Below, piece by piece: positions 1-12,995 of a stretch of DNA of 64,000 nt. The notes under the pieces are model-generated. The model did not search any database. It had not been told where the DNA came from and was given only the letters and a program-made list of their open reading frames with translations. Numbering within the stretch: the stretch's first letter is position 1; every line of letters begins with the position of its first letter. A program made the position numbers and the translations under genes. This DNA is from Kudoa neothunni (taxonomy: Eukaryota; Animalia; Cnidaria): contig OZ199839.1 in assembly GCA_964304625.1 (NCBI GenBank), forward strand, positions 5,710,311 to 5,774,310. Reading direction: 5' to 3'.

Positions 1-212
1 CAAATTTATTTAGGAAAAGCTAGTCATGCAATAAAAAAGAATCAGTACAGGTTCGTGATAGACTTAAGTAGAGGAAAATATTATAATTTAGCAATCAATG
101 TAATTTCGGTATATTCTAATATGAGAATTTCATTTAATTATATTTTAATTAATTTTAATCTAAGAAATAACATATATTATTAAAATTCCAACCAAAAATT
201 GCAAAAATGTAT

Positions 213-1057
213 TTAAATATTAATTCTATTCTAAAAAAGATTAATTTAATGGGTAATTGTTGTGGCTCGAAACATAAAATTAACAAACCCTTTTCAGTCC
301 AATCTTCAACAAGTGATATATAGATCCAGGCGTGTGAGAAAATGTTTTGATGAATTTCTCAGGTTCCAAAGGAATTGTGCGGTCGTTTGAGCGTGTACGA
401 CTGTATGCTATCATTAGCGTAGCTTTAAGCGCCTCTTTCATATCATATATTTTTTCGTAGTTTTCAGTATTGATCGCATGTAACCCAGTTTTTAGGACGT
501 TTTTTTCAAAGATAGACAACATTACACGAGTACTATTCTATAAAAATTAATAATTACTTGCAGTTTAACTTTTCAGTCACATAGCTAAGCGCCCTTTCAA
601 GATGTGAAATGCTTTTTGCAAGTAGGCTCCATCGGGTCAGATTTCGAGCAAAACGACAAGAATCATGTATGTATGTTCCAGTGGTGAAAAATATTTTTCT
701 ATGGTTTCTAACATCAAAAATAATAGAAGTAATCTAAAAATAATCAGGTATAAACAATAAACAAAAAAAATTTATGATTAAAAATACTGGGCATTTAAAC
801 ATATCAATTTTGAGATAAATCAATGAAGGATACACGTTTGCCACCGAATCCATATATTTTGATAACTCTGTGGTCTCAAATATATTCCTAAAATTTCACA
901 AAATTGCATTTTTTTAATACATTAGTTTATTTATGTGAAATAATTACAAATGACGGCAAAATATGATAACAAAATGACCAAAAGGATCTTTATTCATGAT
1001 TTCCCGGAACTCATTGTCACTTTGTATACTTCTGGAAATGGTAAAACGTTTGCTCAT
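213..1057 (-). CDS. Tandem paralog of the Trx-like/PUB N-terminal part of the PNGase gene; probably truncated or a pseudogene
   Basis: Spliced translation MSKRFTISRSIQSDNEFREIMNKDPFGHFVIIFCRHL|NIFETTELSKYMDSVANVYPSLIYLKIDMFKCP|ITSIIFDVRNHRKIFFTTGT...RALSY|NSTRVMLSIF...PGSIYHLLKIGLKR aligns exon-for-exon, with the same intron phases, to the gene at 4693-6966. The next exon either stops after NRINI* (213) or is degenerate with stops (~20-90). Confidence 0.7.
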
Positions 1058-4000
1058 AGGTATTCTTACAGTTAACAGGGAGTTTTTTTTGTTTTATTTT
1101 TAATAGATAACTCGCGCATAATTTTTATTTTTTTGTTGATTATTCGAAAAAATTTCCAAGGTTCTCTATGTCAATTTAACACCAGTTAGACTTAAAATTA
1201 TTTATGCCGAAATTTCGTGGTAATGTTACCCCTAATGTTTAACTTTTCTATCTATAAACTATTCGATATTAATTTTTAGTTCCTAGGTGATTTTTGTTAG
1301 GTCTTTATTACTAGGTGAATCGATAGATACCCATGAGTGTTTCTTATTGATATCAATAGAAAATTAAATAAATTAAGCGGAATTTTAATTAAAAATTAGT
1401 ACCTATTAGAGAAACCATTGGAAATTAAAATATCGTATTAAGATATCCTAATGCAGAAAAAAATATTTCGAAATATAAAAAGTAATTTTAGAAAAATAAT
1501 AATGATAATGTAGAGATTTTGTTGTTTTAAGAATCCGACGCACTTTTTAAGTCTAAAAGTCTCCAGAAAAGATTGTTCTTATATTCTGATTATTTTTCCA
1601 AAATTAATACCTTATATGGTCGTTAAATAAATGATATTTATAAATTGGAGCCTTTTGGAATCATTTAGATTCCAAAGTTTCAATCAATAAAACATTAAAG
1701 ATTTTTTTAGAAACCTCTTATTTAATTTGAAAAGATTTATGTCAAAAATATATTTCTTTTATTTCTGACAATTCTAGTGATATATCATGGGTTAATTTAA
1801 AAATTAATTTAACTAAAATTTTTGAAAGCATTACATATGCAGATTCTCAAATTTTTTAACCCGGATCATTCCATTTATGAGTATTCTGACAAAATAGCAC
1901 TTTTCGAGTGCATAATTTCAAAACCTGAAAAATTTTGTATAGGAAACGTAAATTTTACTACATGCGATAGGATAGACACATAATTGATGAATCAACTGAT
2001 TTCCATGATATATTTTGAGGGGTCGCTATCTAAAAGGAGACGTATGGAAAATGTCCTCGAAAATAGAACTTTTACGGTCATTTATTAAAACCCGAATTTA
2101 ATCTTTTTTGTGCGTAACATGTTTCTCATACTTAATTGATGCTGACGATGGAAATGTTAACGAATATTTTTTTTCATAATTTTAATTTTTTGGTAAATCA
2201 TTCTATAGTATTTTGTGAAGTCATAACTTTACTGAATAACTCAATTTAAATTTGATGATATGGGAAAAAGAATTCTCCTACCTAAAATTGTGGTAATTCT
2301 GTGTAGAAACGCGGAATTTGGTGACGATTTTGCCGATCATTGAAAAAAAATTCCAAAGAAATATTCACCATACTCAGCGTCAAATGACCTGCCTTTAATA
2401 GTAGTATAAGTGATCTTGGCTATGACGACGTTAACCCTTTCTGCCTGGGGTGGGATATTTATCATACCCCAAAAGGAACATTTTTTATTTTACTCAAAAC
2501 ACAATAATTTTTTCGCTGAAGAATTCTTAAAATGCTCCTACGAACTTATAAGGCTTCCATTTAAACAAAAAAAATTATACACTTCTAAAATCGAGAGATA
2601 ATTATTTCTTACAAAGAGTATCGCCAATGCATAATAAGGATTATTGTGGTTTTTACGCCGTCATGTATAAGATTTGGCAAAAAATTTTGACATGCTCCGA
2701 ATGAAAAGAAAAAATCAAATTTTTTGGGACCACTCGAGAAAAAAAAACTGTAAAAAACGTTAAAAATAAGGAACCACACGCTCCGCGATTACCGTTTTTT
2801 TAACTTTATTTAAAATGATTAAGAAATGGTTTTCTAATCATTAGAAAAAATGGCTTAAAATTTTCTTAACGCAAGTAACGTGAGTTTATCTGAAGACGGA
2901 GGACGAAGCTCCACATTTTCGGGATTAGGGACCTATACTAAGGTCCAGCCTATTATTGTTGTTATAATTATCGTCTATTTAACCCACATCCATTTTCATG
3001 TAGATTCCTTAATTTAAAACATCTCGATTTCCACAGTCAGCTATATTACACACGCACAAGTGGGTCCAAACCAGGCGAGAGACTTAATCCAATTATACGG
3101 ATAAAATACGAAGGGCGAGCAACAACGTTTGCCAGTAATGATGTATATATATATATATATGTTTCGACCTTATTTGTTGATTCATATGGTTTAAATTATT
3201 GTTTGATTGAAAAATTGTCGTTTTATTTATTACACGGGTTGCAACACTTTTCTCTGTTAACGTCTATTAATATACATGTTCATGATAGTTTAAATTATAT
3301 GGACTTTGGAGAATTTAAAGTTGACTAAGGCATATTGTTGCTGGGGTACGGCAGATATCCCACGTCGGACCACGCGGAATTTTTTTTGACGGAATTGTAC
3401 ATATAAGAAAATATCGTTAAAGGACGTTGGGAGAGGCTAATAACAAACATTCTTCACACGAAAAGGGGTATCATTTTCAAATCCTGAGGAAAACCTGATT
3501 GAAGAATGATTCTGATTCATTATGAGGAAAGAAATAAATTTACTCAATAACATCTTAAAAGAAAGATATATATTTCTTGTAATTAAATTATCATAAATCA
3601 ATGTTAAAAAATGGACAAAAAAACTATTCCAATTACCATATATTAATTATTTAAGAAATAATTAAAGGCTTTCGTACAATCATAGGAAATATATCAAACG
3701 AATAATTTATTTAAAAAAATTATTTCATAAAATGAGTGACATTGGTGAAGTTTTTTCTTTAAATTCATTAATACGGAGATATTTAAAAAATAAAAAGGAT
3801 TATATGTTATATTTTCCTAATTTCACTTATTAAATCTTTTTATATTTATTACATTGAACAGGATAGAATAATTCCAAAATTGCTTGAACGTTGAACATTT
3901 GTAATCAATTTATCTATAAATGTTTTAGATTGTCTATTTTATATTTTGATAAACGCTATACTTTATTTTTTATTTTATGACAAAGATAATAAATTAAAAT

Positions 4001-4692
4001 TTTTTCGCTCCAATGCATGTATATTAAAACTCAAAAATTGAGATTTAACCATAATTTAATTTTTCATGTTCGAATTTTTGCACAAATTAAGTCATAAAAT
4101 TTTGTCTAACCAATATTTCATGCATCAAAAAAATTTATAAACTAAAAAATAAATTTCTACATAACAAAAAAGAGTCAAGATTAAAATTTAATTTTTATAA
4201 AAATAGGAATATATAAATTTCCTGTTTGGTAAAACATAACGCCATTTTAAGTAATAAACGTATCAAATACAAATCCTCTTAAGGGTATGGAAATTACCCA
4301 TTCGCACAGTGGTGCAAAAACTTCACTTTAACTCCCCACTCAGTTAAATTTTAGTTATTTCCAGCCATCAAATCTTGGTATCATTTTCTCAATATAAATG
4401 GTCGCCTAAAAGGAAAAGTGCTAAAAATATGATACAATAATGAGTTAAATCTACCTCACGGTGAACTTTTTCACAAACCCATTACTTAAACCCCACAAAC
4501 AATATCTATTAATGTTGAAAAAATTTTACAGCTAATAAAAATGATCTAATATTATAATATATTATCAAATTGTACTCATCAGGAAATATTTAATAAAATA
4601 CAAACATTCTAATACTCAAAAACAGTTGATCAAACTAAAACAATGAGATAATAATTTGAGGAAAGAGTTTTTACTTGAGAATTCATTCTTAT

Positions 4693-6966
4693 TTAATAGG
4701 GACATCTGTTATATATGTGATTAAGTTGGACGGGGTTTGGTCTCGCAAAAATAATTCCAATATCTTCCTTCATTGACGACTCTAAATTGACCAAAACATC
4801 ACGGTTAGGCATCCGATCCTTTAACTACAGAAAGAGTCGCAGTTAAATATGCCTATTCGAATGCAACGTTAAACTCTTACGCGGTTGTTAAATCTGAATA
4901 GAATAATAGGAAGGATATTTTCGAAAAAGAAATCTCTGTTTGTTTTAACAGTGTTAGGATTTCGGGTGTAACGATAAGTGACTTCTTTGATCTCGTAATG
5001 AGTGAATGCAAGGACACATTTTAATTGTTTCCCCTGACAAACTTCATAGAGGAGAGGGCTATCGTATGCATTCTCGCAACAGTCAACGTGAATCCATCGT
5101 TTGAATTCAGGCGAATACACCTCACACCACATATGATCAACACAATCGAACAAGTAACGTGTTTCTAGACCGACTGATTGACAAATACATGTGAAAGCAA
5201 TTGACCATTCGCCACTTCGTCCAATTCTGGTTTCTATGGGGAGATTTGGTTAATAAGTTAAGACAGGTGTCTGTTGAGAGCATACGTAAAAGTTTTAGGG
5301 GATCCTTGTAACGAGGGAATCGTTCAACATTGGAGCATTTTTTACAAATGTAGATCTCAGTTGAATTGGCATTGTATTCCGCTTCCTGTGGAGAGGCGGG
5401 AACAATTTCGTGAGGCTCCATTGGAACTTTGCATAAATAGCAGGAAGGATCTTTGAACCATTCGAAAAAATGATCTAACCCACAATGAGGATTGGGGGAA
5501 AAAATGAAACAAACTTTTGAACCAATCGAGTAGAGCAACTATGAAACGATCAGTTTTGTCATATCTATAGTAACGGCTGTTGTGTAGAAGGATTTTTGCG
5601 TTCTGTTTGACCCATGCCATAGGGATTGTCTTGCGGGCGGCCGTTAGAATTGGTTGCGCTTGGAACTTATAAACGATATTATAAATTGATTTGATTCTCT
5701 CAACCAAACCCCTATATTTATTCTATGCGGCAATCACACAGTAAACTTTAAAAATATATTTTACGGTAAAATGGTTGAGTGTTTCGGTTACAGTGGATTT
5801 AAAGCTAGGGAAGGGATAAATGAAGACAGCCTGCCGAGGGCAGAATTTCATAGTATTATGATATTTGATTATCGTGTCCAGGCAATCAACATAAGACATT
5901 AGCATTGCTGGTGACTTTTCATAGGGAAATCTTAATACTGTTTCAGTCTAGATGGTTGAATTAAACTATTCATTTAATGTGTGTTTAAGTAAATATAGAG
6001 TGGCAATTTTATCTAATTAAATTAAATCGAATTAATTTACTAGTTCATTAAAGCTAGACCAATAATCTGTCAAGATTAATTTATCTGATTTGGCAATGAT
6101 ATATCGACAATAAAATTGTTGAATTTACAATTGTGATAGGTGAAATTGGAAAATTCACATAATACCTTTTGCATCCCACTCGCCAACAGAGTTTGAATAC
6201 ATCCATGTGTTTTTACATAGAACAGACAGAATTCGTTTGATACTAACGAGATGGAGCGATTATTCGGATAACTTGGGTCGTATTGTTTTGAAAGAAGTTT
6301 TATCAATGACTCTTTTATAGCATTAATTGAGTAGACACTTTTACTCCTCAACACGTGATTATATGTTCTATAGACGCCCTTGTTAAAAATTAACAACAAT
6401 GAGCGGGCCCTATTCTACACAGATTGTTAGTTATGAAATATTCATTTTTTCAGTACATATTCCATTGCCTTTCTTGAATGGATTTTAGTTTTTAAAACAA
6501 TTTCTCCTGGTATCAGCTCCTGTGTGATGTCAAAAATATCAATGACATGTGTTCCATTGGTGAATAAAATTTTCCTATCTGTCCCAGTTTCATAAGTAGT
6601 GCAAGCATGCTAAAGATACATCATTATTGAGGTGTAAATAAGTAAAATAATCGGAGATCGCGTAATCAAATACAGGACACCCATCGCTATCAATTTTGAG
6701 AAAAACCAACACGGGGTATCTATTTGACAAATCATCCATATATTTTGATAATTCGGTGGTTAAAATGCTTTTACTATAATAAAAAAATTAATAATCACCT
6801 ATATTAGTATATTTGTGGGAAATATAAAAATTTGGGATTACAATAAAGGGCAAAATTGCATGACATAAAATTCATATGGATTTTTTTGCAGTATTTCGCT
6901 GAGTTCGTCATCAGAAAATACATTTCTAGCGAGAGTTTCTCGTATATTTATGGAGGTTTCAGTCAT
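4693..6966 (-). CDS. NGLY1: Peptide:N-glycanase (NGLY1/PNG1)-like protein with degenerate N-terminal thioredoxin-like domain and PUB domain; catalytic Cys replaced by Ser
   Basis: Multi-exon. Transglutaminase-like core LLDWFKNHFFEW..PSCYLC...ICKKC..RFPRY..TRIGRSGEW..ETRYLFDCVDHMWCEVYSPEFKRWIHVDCCEN..PLLYE. PUB-like KLLSKQYDPSYPNNRSISLVSNEF...GCIQTLLASGMQK. Trx-like DDLSNRYPVLVFLKIDSDGCP. No PAW domain seen. Confidence 0.9.
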
Positions 6967-8189
6967 CTACGTGTGATTTCTTTTTATTGAACTTAATGGT
7001 TTGCGCAAATTATTTTTATTATCTACCTCCCTATTGAAAGAAATTAACTCATTTCTCAACATCAATTCGATCTAATTGTAACATTAAATTATTTTCATTA
7101 CAATCCATCATTGTTTTTTCCTCAACAATATTTTAACCAGCAGGCATTCAATTTTAAATTCCTACCTAAGTGACTTAATAAATCTAATATTGAGTTAGGT
7201 TTACTAGGTGGCGTTCCTTTGTTTGGTTCTGGTTGCCAATGAAATGACGTAGATGCATTATTGACCTATTTATTTAATTTTATTGCTTAACACAAATAAT
7301 TAATCCAAACGAAAATGTAATAATAGTATTAGATTTAAAATTTAAAAACTCACATTATATCACAGCGAGTTAACTCACTGCAGACACAAGTTGATGTGTA
7401 ATCCATATCATTACGTTAATGTGATGACAACTGAGTTATTGGTTTTTGACTACTTAATTTCTTCTTATCAAAGAGAAGCAGTTAAAAAATAAAATTTATG
7501 TACAGCTTGTGAGAAAGAGTTGAAAGGATTAAATTCAATTCATTTAGAAAATTTAAACTCTTTTTTATTCAGACCAATATAAAATATAGAAATATTCGTA
7601 GACACATTGGAAAATTTTAAATTGTATAAAATGTAACCAAAGATATTTTAAGGTCTCCACAATAAATTGTTGATATCGATAATATTTCCTTAGAAGGAAA
7701 GTTTCATAGTGCTTAAAAAGCACAACATCAATAAAAGACAATACTCTAACTAATCTTCTCGTTTTTATAAATAGGGAATGAAATAGTCAGTAATCAATTT
7801 TTCACACTTTTTGTAAAGTTATTTAATTAGAATTATAAATGTTTCTAATGTTTATGTGAACAAATATATTCAACTCAAAGTTAATTTTAGTTAAAATAAT
7901 TGACTGTAAATGATGAAAAATACATACGTGTAAATCACGTGATTCGTCAATTTGGTGCATTTTTGGACCCTCTGTTTATCGGTTGATGTACCATTGTTCC
8001 CAGAAAAATTGAAAATATGGCAACAAGCAATAGTAAAAACGTCAAGATAGCTACCGTAGATTTAATTCAACATTTGAAGTATAACAACCCCATATAGCAT
8101 TCTCCAAAAAAATCATATTTTCTCGAAAGTTTAAAACTCTTAAACCGTTTTCGATTATTTTTATGAATCTTTACAAATTTCACAATTGA

Positions 8190-9232
8190 ATAGTACAAAA
8201 AACGTCCTATTGCGCATGTTTTTTCCACGATTCTTGATAATAAAATAGAAGAATATGAAGAGAAAAAATTCAGCTCAAAATGATAACTTTCAAATTTTAA
8301 TAATCTTTCATCCGAACGCAGTCGGATACACGTGTAATCTCCATCTTTTTTCAACAAACATTGAATTGATCTCGAATTTTTTTGATAATCATTCGTAAAT
8401 TTGTTTATTTCATATTATTTATCGTATAAACACAAATTTTATAATATCAAATTTAATTATACAGGTTTTTATAGATTTTAATCATGAATAGTTTAAAGGC
8501 GAGAAGACAACCGCGTGCTCCTAAAATATATTTTCTTAATTTTATTCAATTATATGTGTACCGATCAAAATAATAAACTTAGGTAACATACAAAGTTTAC
8601 ATCTTGAGATATTCTCAATTACTATATTTTGCCGAATTTATTGTTAGGGAATTTTGGCGTTCAAACAAACTTATAAAACAATTAAAATATAGTTTTACTT
8701 TTTTCCCCGATGTTTTACACATACTTAAAGGTAAAAAAATGAATATAATCATTTTTAAAAATTAAGGTCCTGAATCTTAATATTAAAAACTAAATAATTT
8801 CTTAATTTCTAACAAAAAATATAATAAAAAAAAATTATAAACTAAAACAAACCATACTACATTAATATCTTTATTTAAAAGTTTAAAAATTATTTTTATT
8901 AAAGTGAAAAATGAGATATTTTTGTGAAATTTGCAAAAAGTTTATTTTTAAAGTTAGTTTGTATAAAATAAATTGTTATATATCGATAGTAGAAAATCTA
9001 AATAGTAATAATAAATAACTTTTGAAATAACGACTAAGAAAGAAACAAAATAATTCAATGTGTGTTGAAAAAAGACGGAGATTACAGATGCATCCGACCG
9101 CGTTCGGATGAAAGATTATTAAAATTTGAAAGTTATTATATTAAGCTAAATTTTTGCGCTCCATATTCTTTAATTTTATTATCAAGAATCGTGAAAAAAC
9201 ATGCGCAAGAGGACGTTTTTTAGGTGCTGCGT
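8190..9232. mobile_element. MITE/foldback element with ~170-bp imperfect terminal inverted repeats
   Basis: 8199-8368 (aaaacgtcctattgcgcatg...tcatccgaacgcagtcggat...) is the reverse complement of 9051-9221; the interior is AT-rich and non-coding. Confidence 0.75.
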
Positions 9233-9699
9233 ACTTGACCATTATCCCAATCAATCAGTTAGATTCCCTTATTAAGTAAAATCAGTAAATTTTAGAGGAA
9301 TAAAACTTTTTTTGAATAACTAAAAATTTTGGCGTAATCTCATTAGAATGCAACAAACGTCTAAAACACTTGAAATTTAAAATGTGAGCATGCGTCGAAC
9401 ATTATTTCGGAATGGGTATTGGTATTGACGAGTACTGAAATTTGGAGCGCTCGTTTTAAAAAATGTGCAAAATCGAATACCTACCGTATTTAAACGTTAT
9501 AATGTCGCCATATCGACAAAGTAACATATGTTCAATTTTTAATATTATGTTTAACATTTTCCCCCCGTTTCCTCTAAATACAACAATTTAATCTACGTGG
9601 GTTGGCCGAAAATGTGCGTATATCGGCCAATCACGTGACGCAAATAGATTGGTCAATTCCTAGTCTATCCCCCTAATAATCACAAAAACAGTACCCCTG

Positions 9700-10930
9700 T
9701 AACAATTTTGGGGTGCAAAATTACCCCACTATTTTATTTCCCCAATGTGTGTAGAAAAATAATTAATTGGGGAATACAAAGTGTCGCCAAATTTGAACGA
9801 GTGGGATCATTGAAATTTGGTTCATTTTTTAGATCACTAAATACGCACGATTTGCTCTTAATAATTTGTTGGGGGTTTCTGTTTAAAGTGGATTGTACAA
9901 TTCTTGAGCAATCTCTTTGAGAAAGTTTCTCCTTAATTTTTTCTCTAGTTTAATATATCATTGAATAATGAAAATGCATTAATCAACGAGATATCAATTA
10001 TATTGTAAAAATCGATAAGCGGTCATCTTCTTGTAAATCTCTTGGTAGAAATTGATACCAACATTCTGTTCACATTATCAACCTCACCCATCTTTGGTTG
10101 CATTGTAATAGATTATGGTATTATCAGTGGTACCTGTGAATAACTACTACACAACAACTTGGTCTTTTTGACAAACATGACGTCATCATACATTTTTATT
10201 TTTGCCCAGGTATACGCTGATATTTGAACCATAGTTGGAAGTGGGATCCAGCAATAAAAAAAACTTAATGTCATACTTCGCCGGTTTCACGAGCATATAT
10301 TATGTATTGACGGAAAGGACATCTTCCCCTAAAGGAAACGAGTTGCTTATCCATTGTAATTTGAAATAGTGATTTCCAATTTATTTGAATACTGTATAAT
10401 AATGCTCCAAGTTACTACAGAAGTAAAAAATGACAAAAAACAATAAATGAATGAATTTATTTTTAACAACAAATATGAAATAGCACCATGAATGGAATTC
10501 ATTATATTTTTATCAATTATCAATAATTTGGTCATAAAATTTGCCAATGAATCCACTTGCGTCACGCATTTAGAATTATGCACTTCGTGCGCAGGCGCAT
10601 TATCTCAACCATTCACTTTGTTCGTTGTTTTCTTAAAATCTACTAGTTTGATTTTACTAAAAATTTATTATTTCACTTTTTTACAATATACTCTTCACAT
10701 TAAAGTGATAAAAAAGTGAGGTAAATTTTACCCCAAAAAACGTTTGAGGATAATCTTTAAATAAAAACTTTTTTATTCATTAGTTGTTTCCAATTTGTTC
10801 GAAGAACAAAGACCATTATAAGTTTCAGGAATAGTGAAAATTTGGTGAGATTGAATAAATGAAACAAAAAGATATGATGAATACAAAATCGCTTTGGAGT
10901 AAAATTTACCCCAAAATCGTTAGAGGGTTA
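9700..10930 (-). mobile_element. Degenerate piggyBac transposon (transposase pseudogene plus TTAA-flanked terminus)
   Basis: Minus-strand fragments QLVSFRGRCPFRQYI..KPAKYDIK, YYNATKDG and VDNVNRMLVSISTKRFTRR*PLIDFYNIIDISLINAF match piggyBac transposase motifs. Terminus ...taccccaaaatcgttagagggTTAA ends at 10930. Confidence 0.85.
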
Positions 10931-11553
10931 ATTTGAAAATATTTTTAAACTTTGATAACATCGTATCGATGAAAATGCGTAATATCGTAAAACAATTTTT
11001 CAATTTTACATTTATATAAAAAATTTTATTGAAAAATATCACCACATTATATAACAGAATGAACTGTATTAAAAAACAAAACAATCTCAACTGAGATTTA
11101 CCCACAAAAAATTCGTAGAATTACATTTGATATGACGAAATTTCATCTGAGGCGAAAATTTGCAAATATGAGAAACGTATGAAAAGTGAACAATAACGGA
11201 AATAATAATATACTTTGGTTTGATGATTATTTTTACGAAACGGATTATCCAACGAAAACAATATTAGAGGTGTCAAAATAGAAGGTGCCATGAAAGATTG
11301 AGAACCAACCCTCTGAAATTGATAATATTGAAAAAATCGGTTTTAATAACAATACTATATCCACTGATAAGAAGATTCAATTGAAATTAGAAAATTGAGG
11401 AAGTATCCATCAAAAATACGATCAGTATTATGACACCTTGTACTTAGCAATCAATCACCAAAACATAATACGAAAAATATACAAGTAGATAAAAAATAAC
11501 TCGATCAAAATACACAATAGCTAATATATATATATATATACAGCATATTAACT

Positions 11554-12649
11554 CTAATCAATTTCTACACAGTCCATACAGGTGGGTCGGTAAGGAATGG
11601 TGTATTCAGAAACCAACTTTGGGGTTGAATTATCGAATCCAACCATATTCCAAAATTTGACCACACCTTTCGAATCAACCGACACGATAATCAGGATGTT
11701 TTGAAGCATTTTTAGTTGTTTCACTCGAGTATCATGGGCAGACCATTCGTAGACAATACCATTGGAAGACGACACCAGAGAGATTGTGCCATCTCTACCA
11801 CCCACAAAACAATAATCATCCTTCATAAATTGACAAAAATTATGAATTATCATCCCATCCAAAACACATACATTAACCACACAAACACAAACGATTGGAT
11901 GATGAAATTTAAGATTGAAAGTTGATTTTTGAGTACTCTCAATCAAATTTGCGAAACTCAAATTATTCCCATTGTTTGAAACAACCAAATAACTGTTGCC
12001 TGATGGTAACCATTCAATATGGGTGACATTGTTGAAATCGGTTGTGTGAGCGATTATTTTTTGGGCGTAAAGGTCTAAAATCCTAAATCATATTCAATTT
12101 ATCATCATCATCATCATCATCATCATTAACAAACTCACTCAATTCGAGACTTTGTAGCTGAGGTGAGAATGAGTGAAATGCCGTTAAGAATAGGATGAGG
12201 GGAAAGTAGAACAATCGCACTGTTACAAACTTTATCGGGTAGAGTGTAAACAATCACCCATCTATTGGTATCCCAGATATCGAAAGAGCCATTGTGATCG
12301 ATCGCGCCTAACAAACAACTATCTAGTCTTATTAGCTTAATGTATTCTTTGGATTCGGATAAATGACCGATTTCATTATGTCGCTTGACATTGTATAGAC
12401 TATGTAGCAATATAGAATTTAGATTGTCACATTTAACCTACAAAATCCATCATACCACACAGTATCATCGGTACTGGAAGAAGCGAGACAGTTATTTCCA
12501 CAGAAAACCGCACTTCTAACACATCCTTGATGGTTTTTATTGGAGAATCGCACATTGATTTGATTGTTATTAAGTTGGTTGTGCGACACTTCAAATCCAT
12601 ATAAAACACCTTCGTAAGTGCCAACAACAACACTGTACATCGAATCCAT
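11554..12649 (-). CDS. PAK1IP1: PAK1IP1/Mak11-like WD40 ribosome biogenesis factor
   Basis: N-terminus VVVGTYEGVLYGF...NHQGCVRSAVFCGNNCLASSSTDDTV..LYNVKRHNEIGHL, and C-terminal AHDTRVKQL..IVSVDSKGVVKFW...RPTCM; short introns. Confidence 0.8.
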
Positions 12650-12995
12650 GTTTGGTTTCTTTAAACTTACGAGAGGTATCGTGAATGGTCGGGCCAGCTA
12701 AACACTTGAATTTGAGAATATCTAGGAGCGGTTGGAGGTGGCGGATTTCGTTTAGGTGATAATATTTTAAAGATTGTGGCGAGATGGGGTGGATATAGAT
12801 GAATTCGGTTGCCTGGCTTTTATCTTTCTACAATAATCTAATTGTTTTTTGCCGATTAACCCTCGGCTTAGTAACATTTTTGAATTACGATTAATTGTAC
12901 CATTAAATAACGTTCTCTATCCACATTATTAATATCCAAGTAATTAGCTGTGTATAGTTGTATTTCGAGGATAACCTCTTCTCCCTCAAACCAAG

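Noticed and set aside
1500-4000. MULE or piggyBac-like decayed sequence (incl. ttaaccctt at 2431)
   Set aside because: Motifs too degraded to delimit or classify.
5137-5707. Apparent frameshifts between overlapping ORFs (also in ARNT, MFSD6, ATP5F1A)
   Set aside because: Explained by short GT-AG introns where I traced them; no recoding or alternative genetic code is needed.
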